The notes beneath the pieces were generated by a model. That model worked only from the letters and a program-made list of their open reading frames with translations, was not told where the DNA came from and did not search any database. From Adineta vaga (Eukaryota; Animalia; Rotifera): a DNA stretch of 64,000 bases. Positions 12,091 to 24,194 of this stretch are shown piece after piece. Position numbers and translations under genes: made by a program. How positions within the stretch are numbered: the stretch's first letter is position 1; every line of letters starts with the position of its first letter. The stretch is from the NCBI GenBank assembly GCA_021613535.1, contig CP075495.1, forward strand, positions 7,316,001 to 7,380,000, read 5' to 3'.

Positions 12091-15000
12091 ATGGATATCG
12101 ATATAGTAAATACAATCTTACGTCTATGTTATGAACAACAAACATGTCTTTTTGAAGTTTCATTACTATGTGATTATTGTCTTAAACAACATATATGTAC
12201 TAATTCGAAACATGTTTTGGCGAGTATTAGAAATTATATGGAAATATTTAAAATTAGTCGAGATCGAAATCGTATTGAATTCTTTATGCCAGTTTGTATT
12301 GAAAAATTTTTATTCGAAAAGTCATTTCAATCGTTATTTATTTAGTTTGAAATCTGTCGAAATTATTTTCTTAACAGTCCATGTCAAACAAATGGCGATA
12401 TATGTCCAAATTTACATGTATGTTATGATTATTTCTATACGAATGCATGTCGTCGATCTATAAGTTGTCCATATCCACATGAATTAACAGAAAGATCTCA
12501 TGGAAATAATCTTGGTTCATTAAATAATTTGGATTTAGATGGATTAACAAAAGCTTTCAGAGTGTATTGTCAATCAAAGGTGAAATTGCTTTTTTATTTT
12601 AATCATTTAATTTTTAAATGATTTCCTTTTTTCAGAAACATTCATATAATCATATTTCATCTGGTATGTCTTTATCAAGAGGGTCACAAGTAACACCATC
12701 TGCATCATTAATTAATAATGCTTACATATCATCAACATCGTCTTCTTCTTCATCATCATCTAATAATACATGGCGATTAATTAATACACCACAAGTTAGT
12801 TCAAACGCATCTTGGAAAGCAAATCATCGAACAACATTTACTTCAAAATTATTACATTCGACACAATTACAGCAGACAACGAGTCGAAATCGTACGTATT
12901 TTTGGAAAGAAAGAAAGAAAGAAAGAATAATTTATTTCAAATATGAATTTATTTAGTTGAAAAAGGTCTTCAAATATGTTGGACACCATTGCAAGATATT
13001 CAAACCCATTTTATTGAAGTTGTCTTTAGTAATCCAGGCAAATCTAATGGTGGACCCATACGTACACATACACTCTATCAACATCTAGGCATCGCTCAAT
13101 TATTTTATCAACATACAGATAGTAAGTATTCAAAATGACATATTTTAATTGAATTTTTCGCAATAATCTTTCTTTCAGTTATTGATCGAGTTATTAATCG
13201 TGGACCTGTAACATTTCAATCGTTTACATTTACATCTCGTCTTTTACAACGAACAATTGATACACGTCATTTATGTTTTTTAAATATGTCTCTTGATACG
13301 TCTTACATTCCATTATATATCGATACAGTTTCTATGCCTTATAAAACAAATCATTTTGAATATTATCATAATGATCAACAAACAATTGTTGTTGAATATG
13401 ATGAAGATATTGGTAGGATATAATTTCCTATTTGCTTGAAAGTTAATGATCAAACTTTATTTTTATATTTAAAGATTTTTCTAAGATCTCTTCCAATGTT
13501 CGCAATCATCCAGAATGTAGTGGATTACCTATCAAATGTATACAATTATACCATCCTGAAACTTTATTAATTGAATATGATCAAGAATATTCTGAAGATG
13601 AGATTAAAAAAATATTTAAAAACGGACGAATATTTCATATAAAAATATATACATTTTGTGCATTCGTACATTTCTATTCTCATGATGGTATGTCGAATTA
13701 AATTCACAAAAAAAGAAACAATATTCTTCTCTTCACTTCTTTAATCTGATATGTTCAATAAAAACTTCATTTGAAAATCCTATTTGCGTAACACCGATTT
13801 ACATTGATATTTTTTCACAAAAACATTTGGATAATTATTTAAAACGACGTCGAATTGAATTACAAACGAAACCAATATCAATTGAAAATACTATTCTATC
13901 TTCGATCAATGGTACAACTGAAGATAACGATATACATAAGACTGAATCAGTTCCGATAACTCATGAACAGTCAGGTTTGTTTTGTTTCTATCAATGAATG
14001 ATATGGAATTCTATATATTTGTTGTTTGTAGAAATTCTTTCTGAATCTGAATTGGTTATAGAAGAAGATATATCTCCAATAAAATCAACAGGAGAAGAAA
14101 TTTTGAATGAAGAAAATCTACCCAGTGATATAGATGAAAATATTGAGAATGAAATTCAAGCGAGTGATGATGATTTTCATGATTTACCATCGGAATTTGA
14201 TGATGATGATTTATTTCTTGATGAAACAATCGATACCAATGGTGATATGGAATTTTTACGTAGTGCAGCAAAAAATTTAATGTCATCATTAGCTGAAATG
14301 GAAGCAGCGAGTAGTAATGCGAATACACTCGATGCACCACATTCTCTCTTGTATGGTGATGATTATATCGTCACAATAAAGAGTCGTCGTTTTGCAATTG
14401 CTTTTCTTGATTATACACAATTTCGTGTCGAAAAACAACGTAATCCAGATAAATTTCGTTTACTAGCATCATTAAAGAAACAAACCAATCATAATCAAAT
14501 TAATCAAAAGAAACGTAAAGATACGAAACAACGAGATGATGATACACCATCGCCAATATCAAATATAGAATCGGATTTATTGGCAACACTTGATACGAAA
14601 TCAAATAAGAAAAAACGGAATAAACGAAACAAAAAGAAGAAGAATACATACAATAATACTAAAGGTAAGAATACACGAATTCTCATCACTCATGTTGTAC
14701 TACTGATAAATATGCATAGAAAATAAATTTATTTTTATTTTTAGACAAATCTGAACCAATAATTGAATCAGGTAATGATGGCGAAGAAGATGAAGAGGAT
14801 GAAACAAGTCATGTTATAAACAATCAAGAATATAGTAAAAATGATTTTCCTACACAACGATTACCACATGTTTATCTGGATGACGATCTTAAACCATGTA
14901 TTGTCGTCACTGGTGAAGAACATCATGATGAGAATGAACAAGAAATGTCTGAACATGATGATTGGCATAATATTGTTGCCGGTGGAAAACCAGTTCTTGT

Positions 15001-17942
15001 CTCAAAGAAATCAAAAAATCGAAAACAACATAAAGGAGAAAAGCCAAAAGTGGAAGCCATTGAACAGGTAACATCTCATCGATTATTATTCAACTTTATC
15101 TATAACGATTTTTTCAGATTATAACAACTTCTACTGTACCTGTTTCAAACGTTCGTTCAAATCCATCAGTAACGGATTCGAATTCTGTGATCATCCCTGC
15201 AAACTACCGTGGCTTTCTTCATCATCCAAAATTATATGAAACATTCCGTTTACGTCTTCGTCGATCATTTCCATCGATCAATATTCGTTTGGAATCTGAT
15301 ACATACACTATAATTATTGATGGAAATAACAAATTAACTGTTCAACAATGTCTTCAATATCTTCATACAATTCAAACATTTAAACATTCTCTTTTCATAT
15401 CTTTTGATAATTTTCCTTCAACAACCGTTACAGATATTATTCGAATGCAACAATCAACTGCACAAGTTAAACTCATTTCAGATGCTAATTATAATCGAAT
15501 ATTTCGTTCAACTGATCGTTTAATTGATTATCAATTGAAACAACAATACAATCAACAACAATGTATCTATTGTCGACGATCAAGAAAACAATTTAAAATA
15601 ACTTATTTGGAATTTCCACGTGAAAAACAATCTATCAAAGAAATTAATGAATCGATTCAACAACGAATTTTACAATTATTAAATACACGTTTTACATATA
15701 TTGCTATTGCATTATCAGCGGATTTAATGACAACAAAACGTTGGGCAGAATTTTATAAGAATTTAATTCAACACAAAGATATGAATAAAACTTTATTAAT
15801 ACGAAAAATAAATACAATTATACAAGTTTATGGTTTACATGCACATGTTCAACAGATACAAACATTAATAACGAAATTTTTAGATACGAATCGTTATGAA
15901 ACAGATATTATTGAAACTGAACAAGTAAAGATTTAGTAAAAGAAAAGGAAAACAAATGCATTTCTCTCCTTTATTTTTAGGCTAGTGGAATATTTTCATT
16001 ATTCAAACAAGATTTTCATGAAATGGAAAATCTTGATATATTTCGTGAAGCTGAATTACGTTTTGTTTATTATCATCATCGGCATACATTGTTTTTTCAA
16101 TGTTTTCAAGAAAAATTCGAAACAGTTAAAACTCGCATACAAAATATGCGTAGTCATCTTTCAACAATACTTCTACCAGTTAAATCACCTATACTCAGTC
16201 GACATTATTCAAAATCGAATGAACTTCAAACTATTGCTGGTATTAAAAAAAACAATCATTCGAATGTTGACATTTTCGTCTACAAATAACGTTTTATTTC
16301 ATTTAGCGACATCAGCTTGTATCATTACCATTGAAAAACGGGTAGATCAAACTCGATCAAATGGTAAACTTAAGGAGAAAACTTTATTCGTAATGTCTAC
16401 ATTGATTGTTATCTTTCATAGATAATTTAATTAGTTTAAAAATTATCGGACAATCATCAGATCATACGACTAAAGCACAACGATTAATCAAAGAATTTGA
16501 AGAACAAAAATATTCCACACAAAGAATACAAAATAATGATATTCATTTGTTGAATGATCAAGATGTATGTCGAAAAAAACATCTAAATGAGTAACAAAAT
16601 TTTAATTGATTTCTTTTAGTTTGATGTACTTCGAAATGAATGTAATACATGTAATGTTTCATGTACAATCGATCGTGGAAACAATATCTTTGAATTAGAA
16701 GGTCTGTCGGGTGATTTTATTCAAATTGAAAAGATTATCAATGACTTATGTTTAATTGCGGCACGACGTGCACTGGATGATTTATTGTATTCTACTCAAT
16801 GGATTTATTATGATGGAACAACGAATAAACCAGTAGCATTTGGTGAAATTATTAAACAACAATTAGAAAAATGTTTTATACGAAAACAACAAGGAATAGT
16901 AAGAAAGAAAGACGAGAAATCGAGTTGTATAATATTTGAAAATTTAGGTTAATTTAAAAGATCATACTGGACGTATGCGTACATTTGATTTCGATAAAAT
17001 GATTGAAATTATTCATGACAAAAATTCTTTAATTCATGTTAAAATTGAACGACGTGATTCTAAAAGTAACTATTCCTCTTTTTCTTCTATTAATGAACGT
17101 GTTTATTTTATAGATCATCAAACTGTAAAATTACCGACACATTGGATGCCTATGACAAAGTCATGGGATCGAATACTTCTCGCTAAACGAGAGAATACGA
17201 ATGAATGGAGTATGTTCTTTGGTTGAATAAATCATCATTTATTACTTGTCTTTTTTTCTATAATAGAAACTAATGCAGAAATTCAAAGATTACTTAAATT
17301 ACCCCATATGTTACCAGAATCATGGTTGATTGAAGTAAGCTTATAAAATTAATATCTTGGACACATTTTGATATCATTTTATCATAGATTTATCGTGTAC
17401 AAAATCCACGTATGTTTCAACAGTATGTTGCTCATCGAGACAATTTTGCTGCACGATCACAAGCTACTGAACGTATTCTCTATCGTTTGACACAAGATAA
17501 TCTTGTTGATGATGTATGCGCTCATGGATTCAATCAATCACATACAGATTCTTCTTGTAAGATATATAAAAACTTGTTCATAATAAAAATTTCATCTTTT
17601 CTTTGGTTTTTAGTTTCTGTCTATGGTCATGGTTGTCATTTTTATTGTAAAGCAATAGATATTGCTCGTACAGCAACTTTACTAGCAAACAGTCAAATTG
17701 TTCCTATTCATATTCAACAACAGCAACAACAACAAACACCAATTAAACCATCAGTACGATTTTTATTTGTTTGTAAAGTTTTAGTTGGTCGATATACTCG
17801 TGGTGAAGCATCTATGAAAACTTGTCCACCTGGTTACGATTCTTTAGTTGATAATATTCAATCGCCTGAAGTTTTCGTTACTCATCATGATGCACAAGTT
17901 TTACCTGAATATCTCATTGCTTATCATAGTGCTATTTTCTAA
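12091..17942 (+). CDS. Multi-domain PARP-family protein: tandem CCCH zinc fingers, RRM-like, acidic linker, KH-like, WWE, degenerate ART domain
   Basis: CRNYFLNSPC..CPNLHVCYDY..C..CPYPHEL (ZAP/PARP12-type CCCH); VFSNPGKSNGGPI (PARP10/14-type RRM); WWE QWIYYD..QLEKCF..FDFDKMIE..IERR; ART IYRVQNPRMFQQY, CAHGFN, VYGHG, LFVCKVLVGRYTRG, YDSLVDN, QVLPEYLIAY. Confidence 0.85.
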
Positions 17943-18264
17943 CCAAGATTTGTACTTGTTTTTGTTGTTTTTTTTATTGCGTCTATGATTTGTTTATTTT
18001 TCTCTTGCTCAAAACTGTTGAAGTTATCCTTTGCTTATTGTGATCAATACAAAATGAACAGTTGATTCCAGCATTATTCCGCAGTGATTCTTCATTTGTT
18101 TATTCCATCAATGTATATAGATTAACAATTTTATAAATAAACGAAACAAAAAAGAAGAAATCTAGATTTAAACCAATGCTGGTATCTATATATCTAGTTA
18201 TATTTTATAACAAAACAACAGAAAAAAAATATTCTTCATAATAATTTTCAAAAAAGTTTAATTT

Positions 18265-18655
18265 TTAAATAACATCGGATGTCTTTCGTCCGCAGAGGCA
18301 CCAGATAATTAAACCTAAATAAAATAAAGTATAGATATTTACAAAGAGCTTGAAAAAAAAACTACATACCACCAAGTGGAAAGAATATAATAAGAAGAAT
18401 CCAAAGTAATTTACCGACAATGTCACGAGAAGATTTAAGAATATCAACAATAGCGATGATATCGAGAATCAAAATAATCTAATATATATATTTATAGGAT
18501 AAAATCGATTTTTTTTTTCTTTTGCGACTTACAAGACCAGCGATGCCACCACCAATTCCTCCACCAACATCAGCACTTAAAGCAGCAATACCACTGGGTA
18601 AAACGAACAAGCATGAAAGTAAGATAAACATAAATTGTACAGAAAACGACGACAT
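18265..18655 (-). CDS. PLDc_N (cardiolipin-synthase N-terminal-like) small membrane protein, about 93 aa, 3 exons; HGT candidate
   Basis: Spliced product MSSFSVQFMFILLSCLFVLPSGIAALSADVGGGIGGGIAGLIILILDIIAIVDILKSSRDIVGKLLWILLIIFFPLGGLIIWCLCGRKTSDVI; two canonical in-phase GT-AG introns. Confidence 0.8.
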
Positions 18656-19419
18656 TTTCAAATAGAATTGAAATAAAATCTTTTGAATAACACAAATGTT
18701 TCGAAAGGAATAAATAATCTTTGGTTAGTGTAAGTTTTTTCTTTATCTGCACACACTATTTATATAAGTAATCGTATCTCATAATGAAAACGAACTCCTT
18801 CACATGTCTTATCTTGAAAATTAACTTTTTTTTTCTCGAAGCAACAAATGAAATTACTCATCTTTGTTCTTTGATCTTTCATAGGAGGAGAAATAGTGTA
18901 ATATGACAAAAACTTTGTTTTTTTTAACTCTTTGAAATATCATTCTTCGTAATAAAATTATAGTTGCAAACAAAACAAGAACTTCACCTTCGGAATTTAA
19001 TCAAATATTGCACTGATAAAGTTGTACTCTATGTATACATATATACTTTCTGTCCAGGGAGTACAGAAGAATATAATCAGTCTAGAAATCAAAGTTACAT
19101 GCATAGTTATACGTGTGAATCATTTTATCGTTATATGTCATTTCCCTTTTCTTTTAAAAGAAAACCATGATTGGAATGTTTATTTCATTTGTCATCATAA
19201 AAGTTCCGAGTCATTAAGCACACTTTGCCCAAAAAAACGTAATAAAATAATGATTTTAGCCGGAGAGACATGATATAATTGAAGACAAGTCAAATGGTCA
19301 TGGATGAATGAATCAAAATATTTATGAAAAGACTATCGTATATAAACGACAGTAGTATGCACCATTATGGAAGAATATTGAAATTACTTTACTAACGTAT
19401 TTCGACATCTCTTTGCATC

Positions 19420-19857
19420 ATGGCTGTTTTTGTTCCTACGGTTCCAAAGAAGAAATCTTCTCGTCATAGTCATTCTCTTGCTCGTGATGGTCATACAGGC
19501 ATGGGTCTTGAAACACAAAGACATTTTGTTGATGTTAGAAATAAAATGGCACATTATGTTGATGAACAAGATGCATTTAACTATGAAGCTGATCTACATG
19601 TACGTCCAAAATCTCATTCTCATTCGGAGAAACTTCGTCGTCTTTTGGATGATGTTTTCGCTGATGGAAAACCAGCACCAAAATCACAATCAAAATCATC
19701 ATCAAAATCATCTACACCAATATCGCCACACAAACATCTTGAACATCGCATCAGAGTTTCTCGACACCACAACCAGTTCGTCGAGATAGAAAGCAGTCAT
19801 CTAAATCTCATGCAAAATAATGATGTGCTTTTATTTTTTGTTTTGCTTTCGTTTTAA
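19420..19857 (+). CDS. Hypothetical His/Ser/Lys-rich protein
   Basis: Single ATG-initiated ORF with coding-like composition; no recognised domain; 3' end uncertain. Confidence 0.5.
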   Translation: MAVFVPTVPKKKSSRHSHSLARDGHTGMGLETQRHFVDVRNKMAHYVDEQDAFNYEADLHVRPKSHSHSEKLRRLLDDVFADGKPAPKSQSKSSSKSSTPISPHKHLEHRIRVSRHHNQFVEIESSHLNLMQNNDVLLFFVLLSF

Positions 19858-20464
19858 TGTAAATTATCGTTGTCTCTTTAAATATTCTTTTTTCTAATGC
19901 TCAATATGTAGATATTTGAAAAATATTTCATCATAATGGAGTTTAATTTGCATGTTAACTTATTTTTATTTTTATTAAGGAATAATCTTAATTAAATGAT
20001 TGATAAAAGGCATCGAAATAGCATCATTTATTCTCATAACGAATGTCACAAAATAACCTATTCAACAGTGATAGTAATCAAAATATCATGTTCGTTTTCG
20101 TCATTTCGAGAGCAAATATTTTCGTAAGAAAGTGTCAAAATGTCGGTAAAAATAAAATCTACCAGGTAGTCATAGATCGTATCTTCTTAAGATATTTGTT
20201 CATACACAAAATCTAGGTCGTACTTCATAGTGAAAGTTTATTCGATGTTGGCATATTTTCTTTCAAATCAAATCAAATCAAATCATAAAGGAAAAATAGT
20301 ATTAGAGTCCATCTGTGCTGAGAATCAACATAACTTATCTTCCATCTGTCGCCTCCGCATTTGACTTGTTAATTCAGCTGTTTTGTTTTTGTTTTCATCA
20401 TTTATGACGACGATATGTTTTTGTAGATTAAGTATTGCTAGTTGATAACAGTGAATCAAGTGCA

Positions 20465-22002
20465 ATGATACGTAAGTCAATACAGGTTTTCTCATTATTT
20501 TTATTTCATTATGTAGATTTTGATTAGTTTTATCTTTGTGGAGTTCAATCATTGGATTGATTCTATGTTTATCTTCACTTATTATCATCGTAACGTTTTA
20601 TTTACACAAAAAAATCAAACGAGATAATATATGGCAAACGACAACAGATTTACAATCAGTTATTTGTTCTGAACCAATATCCAGGTAAGAATATCAAAGA
20701 TAACTTTGTCTTTTCTATTGAAAGAAGTACATCTCATTTAGACGATCATCTTCAACATATTTAGCCAATCTAGAAAAACATCCAACATCATTTTCATCAT
20801 CATCACGATTCCGTTCTGCTTCATTCAGTGAAGATCTTTCTGCTCGTCTTCAAATTTTAACATCTAATACTCATTATCACTCGTATTCACCTACAGTTGT
20901 TAGTTCATTAACACGTGCCTATAGACCTTCATTAGCTGCGAATGTTCGTTTACCAATTACATCAAATTCATCATCAAAGTAAGAAACAATCGATTCATTT
21001 ACATTACATAGTGTATTTCTTGTCTTCTTCAGTATTCCTTCTACAAAATCACCAGTATCTTCAATCACATTTCAACTCGGCTACGATCATACAACCGAAA
21101 CATTATTTATAACTATTTTTCAATTGCATAATTTTTTGCCAAGTAAAATGACACGGAAAATCATCAATAGATTTAATAAGATTCAATTTATTTCTTCTAG
21201 TTAAAAGTACACAACCTATATCGATTATTGTTTATCTATTACCAAATGAAGATGAACAACGCCAAACACAATTATCATCATCAAATGGTATTTTCAATGA
21301 ATATTTTCAATTTCATGTAACGAGAAACTATATTTTCTTCTCCAATATATACATAATATTTATTTTTAGTTACAATCAAATGATTTATGCAATCGAACAT
21401 TACGTTTGACTATTTATACCGTCGATTCAACAACTCGTATCCGCAATATTTTAGGACATGTATTTATTAAACTCGATAGATTTGCCAAAGAAATGACAGA
21501 TGATAAAACATTTTGCACAGATATTTTATCAGAAAATCTCACATCCGAGTTACAAATTCGATCAGATTATCTTGGAGAATTAGTATTAACTCATACTTAT
21601 TTAAAAGATCAAAATCTGATACAAATACGACTTCAACAACTAAATCATTTACATATCGATCAAACAACAACTAAAATTCCATTGAAAGGTTCGAGACAAA
21701 CAAGATATAATATTAAACAATGTATATTTTTCTTTCTAGCTTATTTCAGCGGACAAACTTCAACTTCCTGTCCTAAATATAATTGGACGAATACTACATC
21801 ATTTTTTATTACTTCATTATCAGCGGTTCATCTCAATCAAGAATTAAATCTGAGTATTCATTCAGTTAAAGAACATCAAATCAAATGTCATCTTCGACTT
21901 CATTTACATGGTCACAAGTCAATTCATAGTCATGCTCGATGGGAACAATTACTTCGATCGAATGTACCAACAACTATAACTGTACCATTAGTTGCTTTAT
22001 AA
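20465..22002 (+). CDS. Synaptotagmin-like protein (N-terminal TM, Ser-rich linker, two degenerate C2 domains)
   Basis: MILLSLWSSIIGLILCLSSLIIIVTFYL TM; C2A ITFQLGYDHTTETLFITIFQLHN..VYLLPN..FNEYFQF..RTLRLTIY..ILGHVFIKL; C2B YLGELVLTHTY. Confidence 0.7.
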
Positions 22003-22056
22003 TTCAAACATATTAATTCATTTTCTTATTCCATCGATCGATATCATGAAATAACT

Positions 22057-23566
22057 TCAAATGAAATGATTATTCTTTACTAGAGAATATTTTTCCAGAC
22101 AACATACTTTAGGTAATCGTGTTGATGGATGACGATGTAGAATGAACTCTTTGAATACTTGAATTGCATATGTGTTGTATAATTTTGCATTCTATAAAAA
22201 TATTTAAAAAAAATAATAACAATAAAGATTTCGTCGTACTAAATTATTATCTTCATCGGTATAATGTAAATCATTGGTTACATATGATTGTTGATTATGA
22301 TTGTTGATAACACCTTTTAGTTTGTTTAACGAAACTTCGTCTTTGATCTAAACAGAAGTATGTTGAGAGTGTGAATATATGATTTTGTACCTTTTTGAGT
22401 ATTTGTTGATTATCTGAAATATTGTTGAGAGAATTGAGAATGGTTTTCGGAATAGGATTAAGTTGATGAATATTTGTTGGAATATAAATAGATGATGATA
22501 GATAATTATCAACAGAAAATAGAGATATTAATATATTTTCATCTAGAATATTTGAATCTATTTGAGAAGAAATGGTTTTATCATCGAGAGAATGAAGAAA
22601 CGAGAGGAAATTTTGAATAGGAAGAGTTGTCTTGATCTAAATTTGAACGAAGATAAAGATTATATAATTAAGAAACGTTGAAACGCACTGATTCATCATT
22701 GATTTTTGAATTGGAATGATTAATTTTGATAGTATCCATTTTACGAAGATGATTGAGTAGTTGTTTGTATGGATTCGTATTTGGATTATGTGAATTTGAT
22801 ATTAAAGAGTGGGCTGAGTGTTCATCAGATAACTGTGTCAATCTGTATTGATATGAAGAAAAGAGAAATTCTTTTTCGTTTTTCTTTGAATTCTATTAAT
22901 TAACTGATGTCATAACGGTTACCTTGATGGTTCGTTATTCTGTTGTATGGTCGGATGGTTGATGATATTCTTTTTCTCAGATATGGTTGTATGAGCACGA
23001 TTAGCAAGCTTTTGTGGTTCAATACCATCATCGATAGATGGTCGAATATGTGTATTGATAGGAAAGATATTGTCTGGAAAATCCTAGAGAAATTCCTCAT
23101 TATCTATGGAAAATTATAGAACAGATGATTTAACTGCAGCTTGCATTAATTTTTCTAATTTCTCACGATCAGTTGAATTCGAGAGAAATGACAGATGATC
23201 ATTTCGACAACATTCTATTGGTAATAATGAATTACATTTTCGTTGATTAATTGATCGATTAATATTCTTCACTGTTGATGTTTTCAATGGAATCGACGAG
23301 CGATTATGTACATTAGATGATTTTTGTCTTATTCGTGGTAATTGAAACTGAGTAAAACATTGTTGATCTTTTTGTATAATTTGTAATCGTTCGCGAAAAT
23401 CACCGTACCTAGTCAAATAACTTCAATAAAAGAATCAAGTCAATTATCTTGAATCCGTTTTGAACAAACATACTTTTTCCATAATTTACTAAATATATAA
23501 ACATATCCACAAAATCAACTTTGTCGCTCAATTGAAAACTTACTCGGATACTTTTCCACAAGACAT
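22057..23566 (-). CDS. Hypothetical multi-exon protein with a 15-nt microexon
   Basis: ATG 23566 (MSCGKVSD), microexon 23474-23488 (KLWK), then YGDFRERLQIIQK...; last exon NAKLYNTYAIQVFKEFILHRHPSTRLPKVCCLEKYSLVKNNHFI. Internal exons were only partly checked. Confidence 0.6.
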
Positions 23567-24194
23567 TTTAATAAGACGAAAATTAAACAAAGTTGTTGCT
23601 AAGAGAATTCATTCTCTAACCATGCAATGCATGAAATTCTATTGGTATTTATACTCTCTATTTATTGTTTTCAAATAACAATAGCACGACTTAATCCATT
23701 ACGTATTGTAAATAAAATTCTGTTTAGCTTGATTGAATATAATCCAGATTTTAGATCTATTGAACAATAACTTACTATTAAATTCTAACATAACGAATGA
23801 AACTGACACATCCGAAATTCATATTCGATTAAGTCAGTTTATTCAATGGTTTTCACCTTTACTAGTAACAATTTCCTTATCAATCGCACTCCTGTCCATT
23901 TTTATTCTGGATTTTACAAGAACGTTGTTTATTTCATCAAATAACGAATCAATCAACAATATTAATTACAACACCACAATTACTTCTTGTTGATTCAAAA
24001 ATAAAATTAAAAGATATTCCAACAATATCTTTGCATACTTCCAGTTCGAATTCTCAGAAAGACTATCATTCTTATTATACACCACAGATATCATCAGTAT
24101 CAATTGTTTAATATGTCAGATACAAAATTAATAAAATATTGTTTTTCATTGAATAAAATCGTTCGCGCTCTCATTCAAAATCTGTCTATTTACA

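Noticed and set aside
23865-24013. Possible mutated acceptor (GG at 23909) upstream of the RGS22-like gene
   Set aside because: An alternative AG at about 24013 exists and the coding status of this region is unresolved, so it was not counted as a lesion.
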